Shown here in pieces: positions 37,277 through 49,125 of a DNA stretch of 64,000 nt (its first letter is position 1; each line of letters begins with the position of its first letter). The notes beneath the pieces are model-generated. The model was not told the origin of the DNA, did not search any database, and was given only the letters and a program-made list of their open reading frames with translations. Origin of the DNA: Mobula hypostoma (Eukaryota); NCBI RefSeq assembly GCF_963921235.1, contig NW_026948140.1:372001-436000 (forward strand), read 5' to 3'. Position numbers and translations under genes: made by a program.

Positions 37277-39098
37277 GTACAATCTGGCCAGAATGGATCC
37301 AGCAGACCCCGGTCGTCTGAGAGCTGCCCTGGAACAACAGGGAGTGATGCTGAACTCTGTGTTCAGGGCCGTGGAGTCGCTTTCTGCCAATGTAGCCGAT
37401 CTTGTGGCCCGTACTCAGTCACTCCAGCTGTCCCAGAGTACCCACTAACATTCTGCGACTGCATCTTCCTCCCTTCCCTCCGCGTCCTTGCATGCTCCTC
37501 CTGTCCAGGAGTCCCATCTGCCGCCTCCAGAAAAGTACTCAGGTGAGCCCGGTATCTGCCACTCTTTTCTTTCCCAGTGCATCCTCATTTTTGAATTATA
37601 ACCAACAACCTTTCCGAGTGATCGTACCAAGGTAGCCTACGTCATTGTCCAACTGTCCGGTCGGGTGAGAGCTTGGGGAACAGCCATCTGGGAGGCAGGC
37701 TCCCCTTTCTGCAGTAGTTTTCAGTTATTTTCTGAGGAGATGAGAAAAGTGTTTGATTGCTCCAAACATGGGAGAGAGGCTGCCCGTGAAATGCTGCACA
37801 TGCGCTGGGGGTGCAGATCTATGTCATATTACGCCATAGAGTTCTGGACCCTAGCCACCTCCAGTGGCTGGAACTCTGAGGCACAGTACAACACCTTCCT
37901 GAACGGCCTCGCCAAAGACATCAAAGATGAGCTGGTCACCCAGGACCTTCCTGCCACCTTTGAAGCCCTGGTGGATTTGGCCATCCATATCAATGTTTGC
38001 CTTCAGCAGCGCCACAGAGGGAGGGGTTCCAGAGGGTCCCTGGGGGAACTGGGTGAGTTCCAAGCTCCTCATCAGTCTTCCCTGCTGTTTGCCTCCTTGT
38101 ACAATTCCCATTCCAGAGCCTGAGGCTATGCATGTTGACCGTACTCACCTGACGCCGACTGAAGGACAAAGAAGAATCAGCACCCGCTCCTGTCTGTACT
38201 GTGGCCAACCAGGCCACTTCATCTCCACCCGCCCAGTAAAAGCCAAGCGCTCTCCAGTAGGACAAGGAGTACTGGTGAGCGTGACCCTTGTCCTGCCCTC
38301 CTCGATAACACTCACTTTCATACCTGCTTCTCTGGAGTGGGGTGTCCAACGGCGAGTAGTTCTCCGCTTTGGTCCATTCTGGTGCGGAGGGATGTTTTAT
38401 CAATTCCTGTTTGGCTGCCCAGTGGGGACTACCCACTTCTGCTTACCCCCTGTGTCCTGTCCCCAAACCAACCCCCCTCCCCCACAGCTCATCGATGGGT
38501 CAGAGGCCTTCATGGTGCGTCGACTGCTGGACGTCCATCGATGGGGCCGTGGCCTCCAGTACCTTGCAGACTGGGAGGGCTACGGTCCTGAGGAGAGGAA
38601 TTGGGTCCCCGCCTGTAACATCCTGGACCCCTTTCTCATCAGGGACTTTCATCGCCAGCACCCAGCTCTACCTGTCGTGATATCAGGAAGCGTCCGTAGG
38701 TGGGGGGGTGGGGAGTACTGTCAGTACCTCCGGTTGAACAGTCTTTTTGTGTTTCCCCCTAGCTGTCAGTCTGTGATTTCGTATTGCCATGTGCTCCTGT
38801 CCCCGCTCCTGCTCTACTCCGGCCCCTGTATTACTGACTACTCTGTCTCTCACCTGTTTCTCATTATTACCTGTATTGCTGCCACTTCTGTCTCATTGTG
38901 CTCCCCCTATCATCTGCCTCTCTGTTTATTGCTCAGTGTAATTCAGTCCTGTGTTTTCACCTGTTTGTTGACAGATTGTGTCAGTGAGTTTTCCTGAGCC
39001 TTTCCAACAGTCACATCTGTGCTGTCTGTCTGAATATTGACTCTCATAAAAGTTGCTGGTGAACGCAGCAGGCCAGGCAGCATCTCTGGAAGAGGTAC

Positions 39099-39134
39099 AG
39101 TCGACGTTTTGGGCTGAGACCCTTCGTCAGGACT
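39099..39134 (-). ncRNA. Degenerate hammerhead motif in pseudo-LTR
   Basis: AGTC-CTGACGA-AGGGTCTCAGCCC-AAAAC-GTC-GACT; GAAA mutated to AAAA. Confidence 0.6.
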
Positions 39135-40424
39135 AACTGAAGGAAGAGCGAGTAAGAGATTTGAAAGGGGGAGGGGGAGATCCAAAATGATAGGAGAAGT
39201 GAGGAGGGGGAGGGATGGAGCCAAGAGCTAGACAGGTGATTGGCAAAAAAGGGATATGAGAGGATCATGGGACAGGAGGCCTAGGGAGAAAGAAAGGGGG
39301 AGGGGAGAAGCCCAGAGGATGGGCAAGGAGTATAGTGAGAGGGACAGAGGGAGAAAAAGGAGAGAGATAAAGAATACATAATAATAAATAAATAATGGAT
39401 GGGGGAGGAGGGGCATAACCGAAGTTAGAGAAGTCAATGTTCATGCCATCAGGTTGGAGGCTACCCAGACGGAATATAATGTGTTGTTCCTCCAACCTGA
39501 GTGTGGCTTCATCTTTACAGTAGAGGAGGCTGTGGATAGACATATCGGAATGGGTTGTGGAATTAAAATGTATGGCCACCGGGAGATCCCGCTTCCTCTG
39601 GCAGACAGAGTGTAGGTGTTCAGTGAAATAGTCTCCCAGTCTGCGTCGGGTCTCGCCAATATATAGAAGACCGTATCGGGAGCACCGGAAGCAGTATATC
39701 ACCCAAGCTGACTCACAGGTGAAGTGTTGCCTCACCTGGAAGGACAGTCTGGGGCCCTGAATGGTGCTGAGGGAGGAAGTGTAAGGGCATGTATAGCACT
39801 TGTACCGCTTACAAGGATAAGTGCCGGGAGGGAGGTCGGTGGGGAGGGATGGGGGGGACGAACGGACAAGGGAGTCGCGTAGGGAGTGATCCCTGCTGGG
39901 AGACCATTTTGCTGAACACCTACGCTCTGTCCTCCAGAGAAAGCAGGATCTCCCAGTGGCCACACATTTTAATTCCATGTCTCATTCCCATTCTGATACG
40001 TCTATCCACAGCCTCCTCTACTGTCAAGATGAAGCCACACTCGGGTTGGAGGAGCAACACCTTATATTCTGTCTGGGTAGCTTCCAACCTGATGACATGA
40101 ACACTGACTTCTCTAACTTCCGTTATGCCCCTCCTCCTCCTCGTACCCCATCCATTATTTATTTATTTATTATTTTATATATTTTTTTCTCACTCTCCTT
40201 TTTCTCCCTCTGTCTCTCACTATACCCTTTGCCCATCCTCTGGGCTTCACCCTTCCCCCTTTCTTTCTCCCTAAGTTTCCCATCCCATGATCCTCTCGTA
40301 TCCCTTTTGCCAATCACCTGTCCAGCTCTTGGCTCCATCCCTCCCCCTCCTGTCTTCTCCTATCATTTTGGATCTCCCCCTCTCCCTCCCACTTTCAAAT
40401 CTCTTACTAGCTCTTCTTTCAGTT

Positions 40425-40460
40425 AGTCATGACGAAGGGTCTCGGCCTGAAAGATCGACT
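40425..40460 (+). ncRNA. Degenerate hammerhead motif in pseudo-LTR
   Basis: AGTC-ATGACGA-AGGGTCTCGGCCT-GAAAG-ATC-GACT; core C mutated. Confidence 0.55.
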
Positions 40461-40732
40461 GTACCTCTTCCTATAGATGTTGTCTGGCCTGCTGCGTTCA
40501 CCAGCAACTTTTATGTGTTGCTTGAAATTCCAGCTACTGCAGATTTCCTCGTGTTGGCTTGAATATCCACTTTGCCTGTTTCCAGATTCTGGTTTTTGGA
40601 TTTCTCTGGATCTCTGCCTGAATTTTGACACCCACTTTGTTTGCACTTCAGGATTTGTTACTGAATTAATATCATCGTGTGCACAGTACTTGGTCTGCGA
40701 TTGGATCCCTCCTCCAGCGTCCCAACACAAGT

Positions 40733-41670
40733 GCAGAACTTGCAGGGGCTCTATCAGAGATACTTAAACCATCCATAGCAATAGATGAGGTACTAGTTGA
40801 TCGGAGGATAGCTAATGTTGTCCTGCTGTTTTAAGAAAGGCTCTGAAAATAAGCCAGGAGATTGTAGGCCAGTGAGCTTGACATCAGTTGTGGAAAAGTT
40901 ATTGGAAGATGTTCTAAGGGACCAGTTATACAAGTATTTGGATTTATTAGGGATAGTCAGCATAGCTTTGTGTGTGGTAGGTTATGTCTAACCAATCTTA
41001 TAGAGCTTCTTCAGAAAGTTACCAGGAATGTTGATAAAGGCAACGTAGTGGATGTTGTATACATGGACTTTGGCAAAGCATTTGATAAGGTTCCACATGG
41101 GAAGTTGGTGAAGTAGGCTTATTCGCTCAGCATTCAATGTGAAGTAGTAAATTGATTTAGACATTGGCTTTGTGGGAGAAGCCAGAGAGCGGTAGTAGAA
41201 GGTTGGCTCTATGACTGCAGACCTGTGACTCATGGAGTGCTGCATCAATCGGTGCTGGGTCCATTGTTGTTTGTCATCTATATCAATGATCTGGACGATA
41301 ATGTGGCTAACTGGATCAGCAAATTTGCAATGTCTGCAAATTGGGGGTGTAGTCGACAGTGAGGAAACCTATCAGAGCTTGCAGTGGGATCTGGACCAGT
41401 TGGAAAAATGGACTGAAAAATGGCAGATGGAATTTAATGCGGACAAGTTCAAGGTATTGTACTTCGGTGTGACCAACCTGGACAGGTCTTATTCAGTGAA
41501 AGTAGGGCACTGAGGAGTGCAGTAGAACAAAGGGATCTGGGAATATGGGTCAATAATTCATTGAAGTGGCAGAACAGGTAGATAGGGTTGTAAAGATAGC
41601 TTTCACCACTTTGGCCTTTACAAGTCAAAGTATCGAGTAAAGGAGATGGGATGTTATGTTGAAGTTGTGT
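40733..41670 (+). mobile_element. Old CR1 RT fragment
   Basis: Degenerate [14 protein letters not shown]…[14 protein letters not shown]…KWQMEFNADK. Confidence 0.82.
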
Positions 41671-41672
41671 GA

Positions 41673-41903
41673 GAATCAGAATCAGGTTTATTATTACTAG
41701 CATGTGACATGAAATTTGTCAATGTAGCAGCAGCAGTTCAATGCAATACACAATATAGAAAAAAAATAATAAATAATCAATTACACTATAGGTATATTGA
41801 ATAGACTAAAAATCGTGCAAAAAGAGAAATAATATATATTTAAAAAGTGAGTTAGTGTCCAAGGGTTCAATGCCCATTTAGGAATTGGATGGCAGCGGGG
41901 AAG
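41673..41903 (-). mobile_element. Rex1/Babar 3' end
   Basis: Minus strand FFPAAIQFLNGH* followed by AT-rich UTR, AATAAA and (CTGATT)n tail. Confidence 0.78.
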
Positions 41904-42075
41904 AATAAACCGTTGACATTTTTAGGCCAAGACCTTTCATTAGGACTGATGAAGTGTCTCAGCCCAGCCCAAAATGTCAACGGTTTATTTTCCATAGATG
42001 CTGCCTGGCCTGCTGAGTTCCTCCAGCATTTTGTGTGTTGCTTGGATTTGCAGCATCTGCAGATTTTCTTTTGCT
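41904..42075. mobile_element. Penelope pseudo-LTR pieces in head-to-head palindrome (second subfamily)
   Basis: AATAAACCGTTGACATTTT (41904) is the reverse complement of AAAATGTCAACGGTTTATT (to 41989); CTGATGA at 41946; GATGCTGCCTGGCCTGCTG as in other pLTRs. Confidence 0.8.
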
Positions 42076-42148
42076 CTTTTGTCTCCCCGCTTGTTATTTC
42101 TTCAAACAATTCCAACAGATTTCTCTGTGAGGACATCATACTGTCTCT

Positions 42149-42789
42149 CCAAGGAGGAGAAGATTGTGACGCAGCGCGCAGCGGCCAGTCCGGTGATGAA
42201 TATCTGTTGCCTGTCAGGTAGGGTGCCGTGCACAATTCTGATTTGATAGAGGTGGACGTGAGAGCACTGAGGAACATCTGGAGAAACCTCTGAAATGCCT
42301 GTTTCGCTGCTGCTGCTACTGTGTGATCCGAAATCTCCGGAGGGGAAGGCCCTGAATCCTCGGCTTTGCTTGTTGCTCGGCAGCTTGGGCAGGGTCGAAG
42401 CGCTTGGCAGAGATGGTGCTCAAAGTTTTCGGACGGACTCCGAGTTGACTGTGGTCGGATGGTTCCAGGGTGCTGCATCGGCAAGTTTGCGGCACTAGAG
42501 GCTCATGGCAGGGAGAGTTTCTCCCTTCTATTGTCTGCATGAGATGATGGGGCTATCGGGACTTGAGACTTTTTTTTTTACCGTGCCCATGGTCTGCTCT
42601 TTATCAAATTACAGTATTGCTTTGCACTGTTGTAACTATATGTTATAATTATGTGGTTTTTGTCAGTTTTAGTCTTGGTTTGTCTTGTGTTTTTGTGATA
42701 TCATACTGGAGGAACATTGTATCATTTCTTAATGCATGCATTTCTAAATGACAATAAACGAGGACTGAGTGTCCTCATAATCTAATCTA
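42149..42789 (+). mobile_element. Unclassified ~640-bp non-coding retroposon
   Basis: Inserted in a minus-strand CR1 scrap (42076-42148, 42790-42876) with TSD ATACTGTCT / ATACTGACT; AATAAA 42753, hairpin GAGGAC-TGAGT-GTCCTC, (ATCTA)n tail. Confidence 0.75.
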
Positions 42790-42876
42790 ATACTGACTAT
42801 GGCTTATTTTATCATGTCCATCAAGTGCCCTGAGACCTCATCCTTAATAATCAACTCCAACATCTTTCCAGTCACT

Positions 42877-43980
42877 GAGGCAAGAGTGGATACTGGAACA
42901 CTGGATAGGATAACGCAGTGGCTGATTGGTAGCAGGGAAAGGTGGAAATAAAGGAAGTCTTTTCTATTTGCCTGACAGTGACTGATGGAGTTCCACTGGA
43001 GTGTTTTGGGACTGGTACTTTTTACGTTATATGTTAATGATTTGGATGATGGATTTGATGGCTTTGTTGCAAAGTTTGCTGGCGATATGAAGATAGGTGG
43101 AGGGGCAGGTAGTTTTGAGGAAGTGGCTGCAGCAGGATTTAGAAAAATTAGGAGAATGGGCAAAGAAATGGCAGATGGAATACAGTGTTGGGACATGCAT
43201 AGGCAAGCACTTTGATAGAAGAAATGAATGGGTTGACTGTTTTCTAAATGGAGAGAAAATACAAAAATCTGAAGTGCAAAGGAAGTCCTTGTGCAGGATT
43301 CCCTAAAGGTTAAATTGCATGTTCAGTCTGTGGTGAGGAAGGCGAATGCAAAGTTAGCATTCATTTCAAGAGGACTAGAATATAAAAGCAAGGATATAAT
43401 GTTGAGACTTTATAAAACATTGGTGAGAGATCTCTTGGTGTATTGTAAGCAGTTTTGAGTCCCTTAGAAAGGATGTGCTGAAACTGGAGAGGATTCAAAG
43501 GAGGTTCACAAAAATGATTCCAGGATTGAATGGCTTGTTATATGAAGATGTTTGATGGCTCTAGGCCTGTATTCACTAGAATTCAAAAGAATGAGGGGTA
43601 ACCTATTGAATGGTGAAAGGCCTTGATAGAGTGGATGTGGAGAGGATGTTTCCTATGGTGGGAGAGTCTGGGACCAGAGGGGACAGCCTCAGAATAGAAG
43701 GGTGTCCTTTTAGAATGGAGATGATGAGGAATTTCTTTAGTCAGAGGGTGGTGAATCTGTGGAATTCTTTGCCACAGGCAGCTGTGGAGGCCAAGTCTTT
43801 ATGTACATTCAAGGCATAAGTTGATAAATTCTTGATTGGTCAGAGCATGAAGGGATACGGGGCGAAGGTAAGAGATTGAGGCTGAAAGGAAAATTGGAAC
43901 AGCAATGATGAAATGGTAGAACAGACTTGATGGGCCAGATGGCCTAATTATGCTCCTATATCTCATGGTCTTATGGTCTA
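42877..43980 (+). mobile_element. Old CR1 RT C-terminus + tail
   Basis: ORFs 42985..43819; TCTTATGG tail. Confidence 0.85.
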
Positions 43981-44848
43981 CCATTCATCGCATAAGTATT
44001 AAACTGGTTTGTCCTCCCAAATTGAAACGCCTCAACTTGTCTACTTTAAATTCTATCTGGTATTTTCAACCCATTTTTCCAGGTGATTCAGATACTGCTG
44101 CAAGCTTCTATAGCCTTCCTTATTGTCCACTACGTCCTAATTTCTTGGTGCCATGCAGAAATCTGCTGATCCAGTTTTTCACATTACTATCTAAATCAGT
44201 AATGTAGACAAAATACAATGGAGCCAACTCTGATCTCTGAGGCATTCTACTAGTCACAGGCCTCCAGTCAGAGAGGCAGCTGTCTACCAGTGCTCTCTGG
44301 CTTGTCCTACTAAGCCAGTGTTTGAATCCACTTGACTACTTCATTCTGAATGCAGATCAGCTTAAATTTCTGGACAAGTCTCCCATATGGGACATTGTCA
44401 ACAATCTTGCTAAAGTCCATGTAGACAATGTCCACAGCCTTCCTTTCTTCAATCTTCTTGGTAACCTCCTTGAAAATCTCTGTAAGGTTAGCTGTTTAGA
44501 CACAATCTTCTACCACACAAAGCAGACTGTCTATCTAAATGCTAATTTATCCAGTCCCTGTTGTTGAGACACTACACTATTAAGGGCAAGGTCCTTAACA
44601 GTTCTGATAACTAAATGTTGAGGTCCAAGTTCATTGCTCCCCGAAAGTGGCTGCTCAGATGGATAGGGTTGTTAAAAAGGCACATGGCAAGCTGGCCTTA
44701 GTCGAGGCATTGAGTTGAAAAGTCAGTCTGTTACATTGCAGCTTTATAAAACTCTAGTTAGGTTGCAGCTAGAGCATACAGTAACCCCATTATAGGATAG
44801 ATGTTGAGGCTTAGAGAGGGTGTAAAAGAGATTTACCAGGATGTTGAA
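43981..44848. mobile_element. Two old CR1 RT scraps (minus 43981-~44560, plus ~44570-44848)
   Basis: Degenerate VDIVYMDFSK on minus; LQLYKTLVR…RFTRML on plus; followed by a ~30-bp Penelope pLTR end at 44851-44881. Confidence 0.7.
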
Positions 44849-44884
44849 GACAAGAAAATCAGCAGATGCCGGAAATCCAAGTTA

Positions 44885-46650
44885 AGCACTGCATAAAAGC
44901 CAAGGAAAAGGCATATAAAATAGCAAAAGTGATTGAGAAGTTGGATGATTGGGAAGCTTTTAAAATCCAACAAAAAGCAACTAAAAAGCTATAAGAAGGG
45001 AAAAGATTAAATATGAGAGCAAACTAGCCAATGATATAAAGCAAGATACCAAAAGATTTCACTTATATAAAGAGTAAAAAGGAGGCGAGAGTTGATATTG
45101 GACAACTGCAAAATGATGCTGGTGACGTAGTAATGGGGACAAAGAAATGGCAGATGAACCTAATGGGTACTTTTCATCAGTCTTCACTGCAGAAGACACT
45201 AAGCAGTGTGCCAGAGGTCCATGAGTGTCAGGGAACTGGAGTGAGTAACATTGCTGTTAAAAAGGAAGAAGTGCTAGGGTAACAGAAATCTTAAGGTAGG
45301 TAAGTCACCTGGACCAGATGGACTACATCCCACACTCTTGAGGGAGGTTGTTGAAGAGATAACAGATGCATTGGTCATGATCTTCCAAGAATCACTTGAT
45401 TCTGGCATGTTTCTGGAAGATTGCAAATGTCACTCCACTCTTTAGGAAGGGAGGAAGGCAAAAGAAAAGAAATTATACAGCATTTAGCCTAATCTCAGTG
45501 GTTAGGAAAGTGTTGGAGTCTATTACTAATGATAAGGTTTCAGGGTACTTGGAGACTAATGATAAAACAAGTCCAAGTCAGCATAGTTTCTGTGAAGGGA
45601 AATCTTGACCAAATGCTCCTCATATGTTAGAGTTCTTTGAGGAAATTACATCCAGGCTGGACAAAGGAGAGGCAGTGGATGTCATTTACTTGGATTTTCA
45701 GAAGCCATTTGATAAGGGGCCACATGTAAGGCTGCTTAACAAGATAAAATCCTGTGGCATTACAGGAAAGGTACTGGCATGGATAGAGGAATGGCTGACA
45801 GGCAGGAGGCAGTGAGTGGGAATAAAGGGGCATTTTCTGGTTGGCTGCCAATGATTTGTGGTGTTCCTCAGGGGTCAGTTTTCGGATTGCTACTTTTCAC
45901 ATTGTTTGTCAATGATTTGAATAATGGAATTGATGGCTTTGTGGCAAAGTTTGCAATGATACAAAGATAGTTGGAGGGGTAGGTAGTGCAGAGGAAGCAA
46001 TGCAATTGCAGCAGGACTTAAACAAATTGGAAGAATAAGCAAAAAAAATGGCAAGTAGAATACAGAGGGACTTGGGAGTCCTTCTGCAGGACTCCCAGAA
46101 GGTTAATTTACAGATTGAGTCTATGGTAAAGAAGGCAAATGTAATGTTGGCATTTATTTCAGGGGAAATAGAATATAAAAGCAAGGAGATAATGCTGAGG
46201 CTTTATAAGACACTAGTCAGGCCACAAGAGTATTGTCAATAGTTTTGGATCCTATAGCTCAGAAAGGATGTGTTGTCATTGGAGAATACCCAGAGGAGGT
46301 TCACAAGGATGATTCTGGGAATTAAGGGGTTAACATGTGAGGAGCATTTGGCAGTTTTGGGCCTGTATTCGCTGGAATTCAGAAGAATGCGAGGGGATCA
46401 CATTAAAACCTACAGAATTTTGAAAAGACTAATTGAGGTGGTTGCAGAGAGGATGCTTCCTATGGCTGGGTTGGCCAGAACGAGAAGGCTCAGCCTTAAG
46501 ATTGAGGGGAAGACCTTTTAGAACCGAGGTAATCAGGATTTTTTTTTTAGCCAGAGGGTAGTGCATTTGTGGAATGCTCTGTCACAGACTGAGATGGAGG
46601 CCAAGCCCATGGTTATACCTAAAGCAGAAGTTGATATTTTCCTGATTGGT
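44885..46650 (+). mobile_element. CR1 linker + RT, degenerate
   Basis: ORFs 45396..46521 with WKIANVTPLF, YLDFQKPFD, GVPQGSV. Confidence 0.85.
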
Positions 46651-48743
46651 AAGGAGAAAGCTACTTTCTCAAAACTACATGCCCCTCCATTTTGTGTTGG
46701 CATTGACTAGATAGCTGAAAGGCCTGTTTCTGTGCTGTACTTCTCTATAACTCTACCACTCCAACCTCAAGTTCTCTGGCGGCTCATCCATGGGTAAGGA
46801 TGTTTTAAATATCTCTGCCATGGCCCCTGCAATTTCTGCACTAGCCTCCAACAAGGCCCGAGGGAATATCTTGTTACGTACTATGGATTTATCCATCCTA
46901 CTTCACCTCAAGACAGCCAGCAACTCCTGTTCTGTAATCAGGGTAACGGTCTCCACTCGTTTGCCTCAGTTCTACAGTCTGTGTCGGCTTACCTGGGGGG
47001 AAGAAACAGTGGCTGCACCTCTGGCACAGAGTCTGGCCCTGTGGCTCAGAAGCGTAGGGAAAGGAAGAAGGCAGCAGTAATAGGGGACTCTATAGTTAGG
47101 GGAGTCAGACAGGTGATACTATGGACACAGGAAAGAAACACAGATTTGGCTCCCAGATGCCAGGGTCTGGGATGGTCCTGATCGTGTCCATGATATCCTG
47201 AAGTGGGAAGGTGAACAGCCAGAGGTCATGGTACATATTCGTACCAACAACAAAAGTAGGAAAAGGAAGGAGGTCTAGAAACAGACTACAGAGAGTTAGG
47301 AAAGAAGTTGAGAAGCAGGACCTCAAAGGTGGTCATCTTGGCACGTGACAGTGAGTATAGGAATAGAGTGAGATGGAGGATAAATGCGTGTCTGAGGGAT
47401 TGGAGCAGGAGGCAGGGATTCAGACTTCTGGATCATTGGGATCTCTTTTGCAGCAGGTGTGACCTGTACTAAAAGGACAGGTAGGGGGAGGGAGGTTTGC
47501 TAAGGCTATTGGGGAGAGTTTAAATTAGGATTGCTGGGGGGGTGGGAACCGAACTGAAGAGACGGAGGAAGGAGTGGTTGGCTCACAAAAAGAGAAAACT
47601 TGGAGAAAGTGCGAGAGGTAGGATAGGCAGATGATAGAGAAGGGATGTGCTTAGACTGATGGTTTGAGATGTGTCTATTTTAATGCAAGAAACATCATGA
47701 AGAAAGTGGATGAGCTTAGAGAGTGGATTAGTACTCGGAGCATTGATATTGCGGCCATTACAGAGTCTTGGATGGTTCGAGGCAGGAAAGGTTACTCAGA
47801 GTGCCAGGCTTTAGATGTTTCAGAAAGGACAGGGAGGGAGGCAAAAGAGGTGGGAGCATGGCACAGCTGATCAGAGATAGTATCACAGCTGCAGAAAAGG
47901 AGGAAGGCATGAAGGGATTGTCTACGGAGTCTCTGTCGGTAGAAGTTAGGAGCAGGAAGGGACCAATAACTCTACTGGGTATTTTTTATAGACCACTCAA
48001 TAGTAACAGGGACATCGAGGAGCAGATAGGGAGACCGATTCTGGAAAAGTGTAATAACAATAACAGGGCTGTCGTGGTGGGAGATTTTTACTTCCCCAAT
48101 ATTGATTGGCATCTCCCTAGAATGAGGGGTTTAGATGGGGAGGAGTTTGTTAGGTGTGTTCAGGAAGGTTTCCTGACACAATATGTAGATAAGCCTACAA
48201 GAGGAGAGGCTGTACTTGATATGGTACTGGGAAATGAACCTGGTCAGGTGTCAGGTCTCTCAGTGGGAGAGTATTTTGGAGATAGTGATCACAATTCCAT
48301 CTCCTTTACCATAGCATTAGATAGGGATAGGAACAGACAAGTTAGGGAAATATTTAATTGGAGTAAGGGGAAATATGAGGCTATCAGGAAGGAATTTGAA
48401 AGCATAAATTGGGAACAGATGTTCTCAGGGAAATGTACAGCAGAAATGTGGCAAATGTTCAGGGGATATTTGTATGTCGTTCTGCATAGGTACATTCCAA
48501 TGAGACAGGGAAAGGATAGTAGGGTACAGGAACTGAGGTGTACAAAGGCTATTGTAAATCTAGTCAAGCAGAAAAGAAGAGCTTATGAAAGGTTCAAAAA
48601 AACTAGGTAATGATACAGTTCTAGAAGATTATAAGGCTAGCAAGAAGGTGTTTAAGAATAAAATTTGGAGAGCCAGAAGGGGCCATGAGAAGGCCTTGGC
48701 AGGCAAGATTAAGGAAAACCCCAAGGCATTCTACAAATGTGTG

Positions 48744-48863
48744 TTGTTGTTGTTCGTCCTTCATAGTCGAAGATGACCATGGCTTCAAAGTCAAATGGGA
48801 GATTGGTGGCTGTGGGTCCGGAGGTGACTGATGAGGCCAATCTGGGCCCTGAAGGCTCGCCCA
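48744..48863 (-). mobile_element. RTE-clade LINE extreme 3' end
   Basis: CGRAFRAQIGLISHLRTH zinc-finger half, (CAA)n tail, 17-bp TSD CATTCTACAA(A/G)TGTGTG at 48727-48743 and 48864-48880. Confidence 0.88.
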
Positions 48864-49125
48864 CATTCTACAAGTGTGTGAGGAGCAAGAGGATAAGACG
48901 TGAGAGAATAGAACCAATCATGTGTGACAGTGGAAAACTGTATGGAACCGGAGGAAATGGCAGAGGTACTTAATGAATACTTTACTTCATTATTCACTAC
49001 GGAAAAGAATCTTGGTGATTGTAGGGATGAATTATAGCAGATTGAAAAGCTTGAGCGTGTACATATTAAGAAAGAGAATGTGCTGGAGCTTTTGGAAAGC
49101 ATCAAGTTGGATAATTCTCTGGGAC

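Larger units (their letters stand above)
39045..40559. mobile_element. Penelope-like element: two truncated GIY-YIG + pseudo-LTR segments in inverted orientation
   Basis: Minus arm 39045-~39897 (CKRYKCYTC linker, VIYCFRC…LYIGET…HFN…EQH…GMN), plus arm ~39897-40556; degenerate ~14-bp duplication TGAATATTGACTCT / TGAATATCCACTTT. Confidence 0.92.
36785..40727 (+). mobile_element. Gypsy chromovirus (Tf1/sushi group, PEG10/RTL1-related), RT-RNaseH-integrase core deleted
   Basis: 5-bp TSD CAAGT (36780-36784, 40728-40732); two LTRs; gag from ATG 37293 (PEKYSGEP…RAWGTAIW…[10 protein letters not shown]), protease remnant [10 protein letters not shown], chromodomain [20 protein letters not shown]-rich PPT before 38719. 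Confidence 0.95.
38719..40727 (+). repeat. 3' LTR, split by a Penelope insertion
   Basis: Starts TGTCAGTACCTCC like the 5' LTR; resumes at 40560; ends …CCCAACA before the TSD. Confidence 0.9.

Noticed and set aside
37293..38997. Domesticated PEG10/RTL1-like host gene
   Set aside because: Flanked by LTRs and a TSD, and gag has stops and frameshifts; similarity reflects the retrotransposon ancestry of those genes
41867..42484. 205-aa ORF as a novel protein
   Set aside because: It runs across four unrelated repeats (retroposon, CR1 scrap, Penelope pLTR, Rex tail); chance open frame
42076..43000. Twin-priming inversion of a single CR1
   Set aside because: The plus piece begins with sequence from further upstream in the element and then jumps, and no shared TSD is visible
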